A stretch of 20,000 bases of DNA from Chiloscyllium plagiosum. Lineage: Eukaryota. Each line of letters starts with the position of its first letter. The first letter of the stretch is position 1. The position numbers were made by a program, and so were the translations under genes. Positions 1 through 11,198 of the stretch are shown here, one piece after another. The stretch is from assembly GCF_004010195.1 (NCBI RefSeq), contig NC_057751.1, forward strand, positions 14,788,481 through 14,808,480, given 5' to 3'. A model generated the notes under the pieces. The model worked only from the letters and a program-made list of their open reading frames with translations. It did no database searches and was not told the origin of the DNA.

Positions 1-189
1 CCTCAGTGTGTCTGCAGCAGTGGGGACTTGAACCCTTGACCTCCCGACTTGGACAATGCACAAGGTGGTGGGGGAGGGGCGGCGCTACAGTGGAAAACCC
101 AGTTGATTCAGGGGGCCACCAAAAAAGCTGACGTTGCTGTCCTGGGCGCCCAAACATCTCACAGACGCAACGGGGAGGTGCGGTAGTTC

Positions 190-590
190 TGATCGAAAGG
201 TGAAGATTCTCAGCTGGAGGAAGGCCGGTTTTGACAGTATTAGGCAAGAACTTTCAGACATTGACTGGGGCAGGCTCTGAGCGGGTCAGTGGGTGGCTGG
301 AAAATGGGAGGCTTTATTAAAATGAGATAACCAGAGGCAGTCTCGTTCCCTTTCGGGTGAAGGGCAAGGCTGGTAGGTGTAGGGCGCGCTGGATGACTGG
401 AAAAATTGAGGGCTCTGGTCAAGGGGAAGAAGGAAACTTGTATGTCGGGGTGTAGACAGCTGGGATCGAGTCAATCTCTGCAAGAGTGTAAGGCCAGTCG
501 GGGTATACTCAAGAGGGAAATCAGGAGGGCAAAACGATTCGTGAGGTAGCCGGTCAGAGGAATGATGAGAGTGGGTGCAAAGCATCAGAG
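190..590 (+). mobile_element. Degenerate CR1-type LINE ORF2 fragment (region between endonuclease and RT)
   Basis: Reads KVKILSWRKA-GFDSIRQELSDIDWG, resembling the CR1 ORF2 'W.KA.F..IR.EL..VDW' segment. It is frameshifted and degraded downstream. Recognised from memory of the family, not from a search; ends approximate. Confidence 0.65.
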
Positions 591-1066
591 AGCATAAAGT
601 TAAAATGGAGAAGGGAAGGAGGGAGGGATGGTGTGTTCAATAAACCAAACCAGGGCAGGGCTGAGACCAAATAACAAATAAATCGTGGAAGTGTCATCCC
701 AGCAAGGATTGAGGGAGTGTTTCCACGGCATCAGCGGACTCCAATCCAGAGGGAATGCAGCTCTCTTGGAGCAGCAGCATCCAAGCCATTTTGTGATTGA
801 GCAGCATTGCAACTTGGTTATTCCGAACAAAAGGCAACCTTCCGACCAACCTGAGTCCCTGGAGCCCGAGAAAGAGGCAGTTCGATTCTCTGTGTCTCAA
901 GTGACTGATTCCAGGTGGATTGGTCGAAAACCAGCAGTGACGACCTGCTAATCTGATGTGCTTTCTTATGATCGGAGCATTGAAGATGAGGTGGGGTCTC
1001 GGGCAACGCGCGAGTGCAGAGACGACTGAAAGCCTGAAGTTGGACAGACGTTAACAGCAAGATGGT

Positions 1067-1381
1067 GGGGTGGCACGGTGGCTCAATGGTTAGCACTGCT
1101 GCCTCACAGCACTAGGGACCCTGTTTCGATTACCCACCCTTGGGTGACTGTCTGTGTGGAGTTTGCACATTCTCCCCGTGTCTGCGTGGGTTTCCTCCGG
1201 GTGGTCCGGTTTCCTCCCACCGTCCAAAAATGTGCTAAATTGCCCATCGTGTTAGGTGCATTAGTCAGGGGTAAATATCGAGGAGGGGAATGGATCTGGG
1301 TGGGTTACTCTTCAGAGAGTCAGTGTGGACTTGTTGGGCTGAAAGGCCTGTTTCCATACTGAAGGGAACCTAATCGAATCT
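1067..1381 (+). mobile_element. tRNA-derived V-SINE (elasmobranch HE1-like)
   Basis: Head GGGTGGCACGGTGGCTCAATGGTTAGCACTGCTGCCTCACAGC, V-domain TGTGTGGAGTTTGCACATTCTCCCCGTGTCTGCGTGGGTTTCCTCCGGG, LINE-like tail GGGCTGAAAGGCCTGTTTCC, then TAATC repeats. It aligns by eye with 15349-15678, with a short internal deletion. Confidence 0.9.
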
Positions 1382-2018
1382 GAAAAGACACCCAAGTGCT
1401 TGAGGTGCTGGTGCGTAGGTGAAGACTGAGCTTGGAATCCCACTGCAGTCTGAGACAATTGTCTCCCACTTGAGCTGAGGGAATGGGCTCTGTTCAGACA
1501 TTATCAGCGATTGTACAGTGTTTGTTCAAGTGCCCCATCAAGGGCTGTTCAGTCTGATTTTCGCTTTGTTTTAAAAGGAGTAATTTCAGGAGGAGATGAC
1601 GAAATGGCAGAGGATATGTGAAGCAGTACAACACAGGCCTGTCTTGTTCGTGCTTTAGCAGGCAGTGGAACAGTTCAGCACTGTCAGCTCCTTGCCTTCA
1701 GTCCCTGGCACAGGACCACACTTCGCGAAACAATTGATCCGATTGAGAGCCTGACATCAGCATAAAAGCTCCCATCGCGTCACTCCCCTGGCTTTTTGAT
1801 CCGTGAGCCCAAGCTCGGAGCGATGTGAAAGTTTTAACCTTTGCCAGCGAGGCGTTGATATTCAAGAGGACCCGACGACTGAAGTGGTCTGCGACTGTAT
1901 GTTAAGTGGGTCGCAGTCAGCAAGACACCCACCTCCCTCGAAGACTGCAAAGGGTCCAAAACTGAATCCGGACCCAAAGCTCGGGCTGCTGTCTTCAGTG
2001 GCACAGCCGCTTCACAGG

Positions 2019-2227
2019 ATGAGCGTGTCTCAGAGCAGTATTTCCAAGCGATGGGCGCTGGTTGCGACTTGCCTGCTTTGGGTCCTCGGCCCGTCGCTCT
2101 CGGTGGGAGCAAAGAGGTGGCCCAATGATCCCAAGTGTCCTCCGTCCTGCTCCTGCACCAAAGACAGCGCTTTTTGCGTGGCGTCGAAATCCATCCCACA
2201 AACGTTTGCAGGGAACCTGATCTCCTT
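2019..2227 (+). CDS. LGI3: First coding exon of a leucine-rich glioma-inactivated (LGI) family gene, most similar to LGI3: signal peptide plus LRRNT cap
   Basis: [70 protein letters not shown] has a hydrophobic signal peptide and a [15 protein letters not shown]..P motif like LGI3 ([30 protein letters not shown]...VISL). It ends in a consensus phase-2 donor TT|GTAAGT at 2228-2233, where LGI exon 1 ends. The ATG at 2019 has A at -3. The paralogue call is less certain than the family call. Confidence 0.88.
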
Positions 2228-2367
2228 GTAAGTAAGCCAGCTCGGAGGGTGGGAACAAGTTGTATTGGGGGGGGGAGGCCAAAGAGATGGGATGCCACTG
2301 TTGGAATATTGCGTGCAATTCTGGTCTCCTTCCTATCGGAAAGATGTTGTGAAACTAAAGATATAAA

Positions 2368-2620
2368 ACAGACCTAAGGGGCAACCTTTTCACACAGAGG
2401 GTGGTGCGTGTATGGAATGAGCTGCCAGAGGATGTGGTGGAGGCTGGTACAATTGCAACATTTAAAAGGCATCTGGATGGGTATATGAATAGGAAGGGTT
2501 TGGAGGGATATAGCCCGGGTGCTGGCAGGTGGGACTGGATTGGGTTGGGATATCTGGGTCGGCATGGACGGGTTGGACCGAAGGGTCTGTTTCCGTGCTG
2601 TACATCTGTACGACTGTATA
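2368..2620 (+). mobile_element. CR1/HER1-type LINE 3' end (5'-truncated)
   Basis: DLRGNLFTQRVVRVWNELPEDVVEAGTIATFKRHLDGYMNRKGLEGY is the typical CR1 ORF2 C-terminus. It is followed by the 3' UTR GGACCGAAGGGTCTGTTTCCGTGCTGTA. Confidence 0.9.
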
Positions 2621-3276
2621 ATCCAGTGGCCTTTCTCAGGCTTTGATTTCAGCAGAAGAATGGTGACTGTAATTAAGGATTTGCATTTCCTGTCAAGTTT
2701 TGCGTCCTTTGTGAAGGGACTGCAAGGGCTGGTACTCAAATCAACATGTCTCATGTGTCACTCTGCACTGAGTACAGTGACAGCTGCTCGACAGTGAGAA
2801 ACGTCACTGTTGTGGTCAATACTGGCCACATCTGATCTTTATTTAACGCGCAGAGAATAATTCGGCCTGACCCAAATCTTTCATGTGGCAAAGTGTCAAA
2901 TAATTACCATATAAACTTCAATTAGAAAATAAAGCCTTCTTCAATTTTTCTTTTGATCAGCTCCAAAGATTTATATGAACCATGTTTTTATTGTTCCAGA
3001 AGAAAGCTATGCCTGAAGTTTATGCATGAATATTTCTCTGGTATTTTCAGACAGGCTTCTCGTTGCGGTATTTAATGGTCGTTGTTGTAATCAAATATTT
3101 TCCATCTCTGCGAGATCACAGAAGTAAAAATGTGATTTTTTTAATGCCCTGTGTTGGTAAGGCCTGAGTTGGAAGCTGAGATCACAGGGCAGTGAAGAGA
3201 ATGGTGGAAGAGAAAGTTAAATTAAGGAGTTTAGGCCTTGGTGAACACACGCAAGGTGCTTAAGACGTGGTGCCAG

Positions 3277-4186
3277 TGTTGTGAAATTGGTGTTTTTAAA
3301 ATGCTCGAGGGGCAAAGATTGCAAGGTCCCTTTAAAAGATGGAGTTTTTTTTCCGTGCTCAGAGACATAAAATGGCTGTCTCAGAGCAGCGGTGTGGGGG
3401 GTTTGCAAGTGCACAGAGAGCACCCGAGCTGAAACACTTGTTTCAAAAGGCCACACAGTTAGCAGGCCAAACAGCAGTTTTTACCAGGTCAACAGGGTTT
3501 GGAATTTAGCCAATCGATTTGAACCAGGTGCTTCGGTGCCAAAAAGCTATTAAATTTAAATCTGATGGTTTTGACAACTTAGAACCAATCCTATTACACG
3601 AAATATTGCGACGTCATCGTGGGTATAAAAGAAGGGAGTGGTTGAGCAGAGACACAGAGAACACTGTCATCCGCTGGTGCTAACGACCCCTTGCTCTCCA
3701 GAGAGAGAATCGCTGGCTCTCACAGCATCCTTTATGTCTTAGAGCAGGAACCGTCGAACTTTCTTCAGGAGAATCAACACAGAAGGTGGACCTGACACAA
3801 GAATCAACAGAGAAGGCACAGAACTTTCCGGAAGACACCTGGCTGTACTTTTGAGAGACTAAATTCTATTTATTTTGTTGTATGAGTGGGATTCATATTT
3901 ATTGGAAGAGCATACCATTAGAATCTTGTATTTGGGAATAGTTAAGAGTCAGAATGGATTTATACAGTTTGTTAATAGTTGAGTTAATTAGTTCATTGTT
4001 AGAGTTAGATAACCAAGTTGTGACTTGTTGATTTTAAAGTCAGTGTCAGGGATTTATTTTCTCTAACCATGAGAAGTTGCTGAAAAGAAAGTCACACCAC
4101 TTCTCACACTCCGGAACTGATCATAGGACAAGTTACCCCTCTTCAGGTATTTTGGTTTTAATTCTCAGTACCTCTGATTTATAACA
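3277..4186 (+). mobile_element. Candidate solo LTR (~910 bp)
   Basis: Imperfect inverted termini TGTTGTGAAAT...ATTTATAACA. Internal CCAAT (3510, 3585), CRE-like GACGTCA (3610-3616) and TATAAAA (3624-3630), then an AT/GT-rich downstream part. No clear TSD or PBS seen. Confidence 0.5.
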
Positions 4187-4408
4187 TGATGTACCAGGGG
4201 AAAGGCAACGATGCAGGTGCCTGGTGAATAGCAACTGAAGTGATTTTTACGATGTATGTTTTTGTAGAAGGACAGTATAATATGCCTGGCTCTATTGGAT
4301 AATATCTCTGTGAGTTACTGACTGTGACAATCCTGTACCAATTAAATCATACCTTTTGGGTTTAAGACTCCCATACCCAGTAAAATGGGTTGTTATTATT
4401 TAATATGT

Positions 4409-7400
4409 GTGTCACTCCCGTACATATTAAATAATAACGCCCTGTGTTACTGGGTATGTCACTCCCGTACATGGTAAATAATAACACCCCTGTGTTACTG
4501 GGTATGTTACTCCCACACATATTAAATAATAACGCCCTCTGTTACTGGGTATGCATATTAAATAATAACGCCCTCTGTTACTGGGTATGTCACTCCCGTA
4601 CATATTAAATAATAACGCCCTCTGTTACTGGGTATGTCACTCCCGTACATATTAAATAATAACGCCCTCTGTTACTGGGTATGTCACTCCCGTACATATT
4701 AAATAATAACGCCCTCTGTTACTGGGTATGTCACTCCCGTACATATTAAATAATAACGCCCTCTGTTACTGGGTATGTCACTCCCGTACATATTAAATAA
4801 TAACGCCCTCTGTTACTGGGTATGTCACTCCCGTACATATTAAATAATAACACCCCGATGTTACTGGGTATGTCACTCCCACACATATTAAATAATAACG
4901 CCCTGTGTTACTGGGTATGTCACTCCCGTACATATTAAATAATAACGCCCTGTGTTACTGGGTATATCACTCCCGTACATATTAAATAATAATGCCCCGT
5001 GTTACTGGGTATGTCACTCCCGTACATATTAAATAATAACACCCCGTGTTACAGGGTATGTTATTCCCACACATATTAAATAATAACGCCCTGTGTTCTG
5101 GGTATGTCACTCCCGTACATGGTATATAATAACACCCCGATGTTACTGGGTATGTTACTCCGACAAATATTAAATAATAAAACCTCGTGTTACTGGGTAT
5201 GTCACTCCCGTACATATTAAATAATAACGCCCCGTGTTACTAGGTATGTCAATCCCGTACATATTAAATAATAACACCCTGTGTTACTGGGTATGTCTCT
5301 CCCGTACATATTAAATAATAACGCCCTGTGTTACTGGGTATATCACTCCCGTACATATTAAATAATAACGCCCCGTGTTACTGGGTATGTCAATCCCGTA
5401 CATATTAAATAATAACGCCCCGTGTTACTGGGTATATCGCTCCCGTACATATTAAATAATAACACTCCTGTGTTAGTACGTATGTCACTCCCATACATAT
5501 TAAATAATAACACCCCGTGTTACAGGGTATGTTATTCCCACACATATTAAATAATAATGCCCTGTGTTACTGGGTATGTCACTCCCGTACATGGTATATA
5601 ATAACACCCCGATGTTACTGGGTATGTTACTCCCACAAATATTAAATAATAAAACCTCGTGTTACTGGGTATGTCACTCCAGTACATATTAAATAATAAC
5701 GCCCTGTGTTACTGGGTATATCGCTCCCGTACATATTAAATAATAACACCCCGTGTTACAGGGTATGTTATTCCCACACATATTAAATCAAAACGCCCTG
5801 TGTTACTGGGTATATCACTCCCGTACATGGTATATAATAACACCCCGATGTTACTGGGTATGTTACTCCCACAAATATTAAATAATAAAACCTCGTGTTA
5901 CTGGGTATGTCACTCCAGTACATATTAAATAATAACGCCCTGTGTTACTGGGTATGTCACTCCCGTACATATTAAATAATAACGCCCCGTGTTACTGGGT
6001 ATATCACTCCCGTACATATTAAATAATAACACCCCATGTTACTGGGTATGTTATTCCCACACATATTAAATAATAACGCCCCGTGTTACTAGGTATGTCA
6101 ATCCCGTACATATTAAATAATAACGCCCCATCTTACGGGGTATGTCACTCCCGTACATATTAAATAATAACGCCCCGTGTTACTGGGTATATCGCTCCCA
6201 TACAGATTAAATAATAACGCACCGTGTTACTGGGTATGTCACTCCCGTACATATTAGATAATAACACCCTGTGTATCTGGGTATATCACTCCCGTACATA
6301 TTAAATAATAATGCCCCATGTTACTGGGTATGTCACTCCCGTACATATTAAATAATAACACTCCTGTGTTAGTACGTATATCACTCCCATACATATTAAA
6401 TAATAACGCCCCATGTTACAGGGTATGTCACTCCCATACATATTAAATAAGAACGCCCCGTGTTACTGGGTATATCTCGCCCGTACATATTAAATAATAT
6501 CGCCCCGCGTTACTGGGTATATCACTCCCGTACATATTAAATAATAACACCCCGTGTTACTGGGTATGTCACTCCCGTACATATTAAATAATAACACTCC
6601 TGTGTTAGTACGTATATCACTCCCGTACATATTAAATAAAAACGCCCCGTGTTACTGGGTATGTTACTCCCATACATATTAAATAATAACGCTCCGTGTA
6701 TCTGGGTATATCACTCCCGTACATATTAAATAATAACACTCCTGTGTTAGTACGTATATCACTCCCGTACATATTAAATAATAACGCCCCGTGTTACTGG
6801 GTATGTTACTCCCGTACATATTAAATAATAACGCCCCGTGTTACTGCTTATATCTCTCCCGTACATATTAAATAATATCGCCCCGCGTTCGTGGTTTATC
6901 ACTCCCGTACATATTAAATAATAACGCCCCGTGTTACTGGGTACGTCACTCCCGTACATATTAAATAATAACACCCCTGTGTTACTGGGTATGTCACTCC
7001 CACACATATTAAATAATAACACCCCATGTTACTGGGTCAGTCACTCGCGTACATATTAAATAATAACGCTACATGTTAATAGGTATTTCACTCCCATACA
7101 TATTAAATAATAACACCCCGTGTTACTGGGTATATCACTCCCGTACATATTAAATAATAACGCCCCGTGTTACTGGGTATGTCACTCCCGTACATAGTAA
7201 ATAATAACGCCCTGTGTTACTGCGTATATCACTCCCGTACATATTAACTAATAACACCCCTGTGTTACTGGGTATGCCACTCCCATACATATTAAATAAT
7301 ATTGCCCCGTGTTACTGGGTATATCGCTCCAGTACATATTAAATAATAACGCCCCGTGTTAATGGGTATGTCACTCCCACACATATTAAATAATAACGCA

Positions 7401-8113
7401 CTGTGTTACTGGGTATGTCACTCCTGTACATATTAACTAATAACGCCCTGTGTTACTGGGTATGTCACACCCGTACATATTAAATAATAACACCCTTTTT
7501 TTGGGTATGTCACTCCCGTACATATTAGATAATAACACCCCGTGTATCTGGGTATATCAGTCCTGTACATATTAAATAATAATGCCCTGTGTTACTGGGT
7601 ATGTCACTCCCGTACATATTAAATAATAACACTCCTGTGTTAGTACGTATATCACTCCCGTACATATTAAATAATAACACCCCGTGTTACAGGGTATGTC
7701 ACTCCCATACATATTAAATAATAACACTCCTGTGTTAGTACGTATATCACTCCCGTACATATTAAATAATAACGCCCCGTGTTACTGGGTATGTTACTCC
7801 CGTACATTTTAAATAATAACGCCCCGTGTTACTGATTATATCTCTCCAGTACATATTAAATAATATCGCCCCGTGTTACTGGGTATGTCACTCCCGTACA
7901 CATTAAATAATAACACCCCGTGTAACTGGGTATGTCACTCCCGTACATATTAAATAATAATGCCCCGTGTTACTGGGTATGTCACTCCCGTACATATTAA
8001 ATAATAACACTCCTGTGTTAGTACGTATATCACTCCCGTACATATTAAATAATAAAACCCCGTGTTACTGGGTATGTCACTCCCATACATATTAAATAAT
8101 AACGCCCCGTGTT
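4409..8113. repeat. Minisatellite/satellite array, ~47 bp unit, roughly 79 copies, truncated by the assembly gap
   Basis: Consensus approximately GTGTTACTGGGTATGTCACTCCCGTACATATTAAATAATAACGCCCC. The period was measured at 47 (unit starts 4623 and 4670). Units are head-to-tail with no unique spacers. Confidence 0.98.
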
Positions 8114-8613
8114 NNNNNNNNNNNNNNNNNNNNNNNNNNNNNNNNNNNNNNNNNNNNNNNNNNNNNNNNNNNNNNNNNNNNNNNNNNNNNNNNNNNNNNN
8201 NNNNNNNNNNNNNNNNNNNNNNNNNNNNNNNNNNNNNNNNNNNNNNNNNNNNNNNNNNNNNNNNNNNNNNNNNNNNNNNNNNNNNNNNNNNNNNNNNNNN
8301 NNNNNNNNNNNNNNNNNNNNNNNNNNNNNNNNNNNNNNNNNNNNNNNNNNNNNNNNNNNNNNNNNNNNNNNNNNNNNNNNNNNNNNNNNNNNNNNNNNNN
8401 NNNNNNNNNNNNNNNNNNNNNNNNNNNNNNNNNNNNNNNNNNNNNNNNNNNNNNNNNNNNNNNNNNNNNNNNNNNNNNNNNNNNNNNNNNNNNNNNNNNN
8501 NNNNNNNNNNNNNNNNNNNNNNNNNNNNNNNNNNNNNNNNNNNNNNNNNNNNNNNNNNNNNNNNNNNNNNNNNNNNNNNNNNNNNNNNNNNNNNNNNNNN
8601 NNNNNNNNNNNNN
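8114..8613. other. Assembly gap, exactly 500 N
   Basis: Run of N. The round size suggests a fixed-size scaffolding gap of unknown true length. Confidence 0.99.
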
Positions 8614-8678
8614 TTGGGATTATGGTTGGCATGGACTGGTTGGGCCGAAGGGTCTGTTTTCCTGCTGTTTGACTCTAT
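8614..8678 (+). mobile_element. CR1-type LINE 3' tail fragment
   Basis: GGTTGGCATGGACTGGTTGGGCCGAAGGGTCTGTTTTCCTGCTGTTTGACTCTAT is homologous to 2557-2620. Confidence 0.75.
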
Positions 8679-8869
8679 CCTCAGGCCGTGGCCTGTTCAC
8701 AGGTATTGTCGCTCCTGAGGGGAGAGTGTGTTAAAGAAGTTTATTGCCATTTCTTCAACCTCTGTTCTGACTTTCTCTATTCCCCCTGTCTCTGGGCCCC
8801 CCCCGCCCAACTTTCTCTTTCTCTTCCAGTCCCCTCCCACCGCCAACCCTGTCCCTCTCTCCAATTTGG

Positions 8870-10175
8870 TCCAACCGAGTCAGGGTGGTTTTATAATTTG
8901 CTCGAGTTCTTCAGATACGTAATAATTGAAGTGAATAATGATGATCTTATCGATGGACATCCGGAAGGCATTTGAGAAGTGCTGTTTTTTGAATTAGATT
9001 CGATTCCCTACAGTGTGGAAACAGGCCCTTCGGCCCAACAGGTCCACACCGACCCTCTGATGAGTAACCCACTCAATTTCCTTACATTTACCCCTGATGA
9101 ATGCATCTAACACGACGGGCAATTTACCACGGCCAATTCACCCTGGCCTGCACATATTTTGGAGTGTGGGAGGAAACCCACGCAGACGCGGGGAGAATGT
9201 GCAAACTCCACACGGAGTCGCCCAAGCCAGGAGACGAACCTGGGTCCCTGGCGCCGTGAGGCAGCAGTGCTAACCACTGAGCCACCGTGGTAAGATCAAA
9301 TAGGCTGAGAGGTGACGTATGAGCATTGGGTGAGCAGACGTTAAGTGGAGCTTTTTCTGATTGGCACGATGTAACGGGTTCAGTGCCACAGGGCTCAGTT
9401 CTTGGGGCCCAACTATTTCCCATCGATACTAATGTCTCCGATGCGGGTACAATCGCCACATTTGCCCGTGGCACTAACGTGGGTGGCCACCATCAATTGC
9501 AATCAGGCATCAAGAAGGGGTTTGGATACAATTGGTGAAACGGCCAAAATTTGGCCAACGGGTTTAATGTGGGCGAGTGTGAGATTGGTTGGAGGAATCC
9601 ATAGGTCACTTAGTTTGGAAACGGGGAGAAATGTCAGAGTGATGCAGTGATTTTCGTGCGTTAGTCAGTCAAAGCTAGTTCCCGGCAACAGCCGATAACA
9701 AGGAAGACATTTTTGGCATTTACTGCAAAAAGAAGTCGGGGAATGTCAGTTGAGAAGTGTTGCCGCTATTGGAAAAGACGTGAGTTAGGCCACACTGTGA
9801 GGCCAGTGGACAACCTTGGTCCCCCCTTGCTTGAGAAAGGGTGCTGTTGCACCGGAGACAGTTCGGAGGAGGCTCCCCAAGATGGAGCCAGAAATGGGAG
9901 GGGCTGTGGTATGGTGAGACACCGAGAGTTGGAGGCCCCCCCCCCCCCCCCCCCCACACTCTGCCACTGAGAGGATTGACGAGAGATCCTCCTGTCGGAG
10001 ATGGACAGAAGTCAGTGCAGAGAGAGGCTGCTTCCCCATGGTGGGGCAGCTGAGAATGAGGGGTCACCATTGGAGGACAGAAATAGGGAAATGGAGATGA
10101 CTTGAGCCACGCTGGTATTGAACGGCGGAGCAGGTTGAAAGAGCTGACTGGCCGACTGCTGTTTCTGACATTCTT
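8870..10175 (+). mobile_element. Old, degraded CR1 LINE (RT to 3' end), interrupted by a SINE at 8993-9289 and a poly-C tract
   Basis: Remnant RT motifs NLLEFF...VNNDDLID and SGAFSDWHDVTGSVPQGSVLGAQLF. The 3' tail is ATTGAACGGCGGAGCAGGTTGAAAGAGCTGACTGGCCGACTGCTGTTTCT. Many frameshifts; ends approximate. Confidence 0.75.
8993..9289 (-). mobile_element. HE1-like V-SINE (reverse orientation)
   Basis: Reverse complement of the SINE at 15349-15678: TTAGATTCGATTCCCTACAGTGTGGAAACAGGCCC ... GAGGCAGCAGTGCTAACCACTGAGCCACCGTG. It has an internal deletion in the V-domain. Confidence 0.9.
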
Positions 10176-11138
10176 TCTCATTCCCTCTGTCTCTACCTCC
10201 GCCCACTTTCCTTCTTGATCTCCTCGTCTCCCACCCACTCCAACTCATCCTCTGTCGGTCTGTCTCTGTATCACCCCCCCCCCCCCCCCCCCCCCGTTTT
10301 TGTTTTAGTTTTCCTGCCCATTCCGCTGTGTTTTGTATCGGTTTAGTCGGCAGAGCTGATCTATTTTCAGTCATTAATACATAGTATTCATCCATATCAT
10401 TTCTCTAGTACCATTAGCACACTCATTGCCTTTTATTGTGTGCATTGTTACCATCTGTTCCACTTGTTCCTTCAAGTACTTTTTCACAGCATAAAATCCA
10501 TCACTTTTCCAGCCCTCTTCAGATCTGCGTTCAAAGCATTAAGAGAGTGATCAGCATGAATGCAAAGATGGTGATCAAAATGACAAAGGTTTCTCAGCCA
10601 GAATGAACCTGTGTAAATAAATTCCATTTCTGATAATACCATCGCACTTGTACAGCAGGTGGCCCTTCTGAGTGGGGATGAAGAATTAGTAGTAGTGTGG
10701 CTATTTGGTTGGGCAACAGAGAGTGAGGCTCAGCTGAATTTGATTTTGAGAGTAGGCACATGCTGACAGCACCAAGGACCTTCTCTCCTCCCTGTACCTT
10801 CTCCAAAACGAAAGCAAAACCTCCAGTTGTAAGGCATCTGTGTCTTGAGTTTTTGTGCCTGTGCACTCCTTGCGCCACCTCCAAGTGGCATTCTTCTGAA
10901 ACACTGCTAAATGTTAATGCTGTTTCTTTCAACGGATGCTGTCACACCTGCCCAGTTTCTGCAGCATTGTACCATTTTAGATTTCTAGCATTCATAATGC
11001 TTTTCTTTCACTCCCCTCTCCCCCCCTTCTCTCCCCTCTCCCCCCCCTCTCTCCCCCCTGTCTCTATCTGCCACCTCCTGATTATTGTCTTGTTGCTGTG
11101 TTTGGACTACATTGCAGGATAACACCGTGGATTAACTG

Positions 11139-11139
<1 letters not shown>

Positions 11140-11173
<34 letters not shown>
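11140..11173. repeat. (TC)n microsatellite within the polypyrimidine tract before the PPP1R3C-like exon
   Basis: About 16 TC units directly upstream of the acceptor TCCCCCTCTCCCACAG (ending at 11196). Confidence 0.9.
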
Positions 11174-11175
<2 letters not shown>

Positions 11176-11198
11176 GTCGTTCCCCCTCTCCCACAGCC

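Noticed and set aside
1674..1691. REST/RE1 site upstream of the LGI exon (TTCAGCACTGTCAGCTCC)
   Set aside because: Only the left half-site matches; the GGA of the right half and the canonical spacing are missing.
4409..8113. CRISPR array or repeat-encoded protein (ORFs 4982-5215, 6774-7022, 7572-7760)
   Set aside because: Units are contiguous with only point variants and no unique spacers, there are no cas genes, and the context is vertebrate. The ORFs are chance translations of the satellite.
8045..8718. Long ORFs spanning the gap
   Set aside because: Artefacts of translating N.
9936..10295. Long poly-C tracts as functional G-quadruplex elements
   Set aside because: They are simple homopolymers in or beside decayed repeats, and their lengths are unreliable in assemblies.
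10594..11122. Short ORFs upstream of the PPP1R3C-like gene, one faintly like a Harbinger Myb/SANT helix (DALQLEVLL)
   Set aside because: Similarity is too short to support, and no splice or domain evidence is visible.
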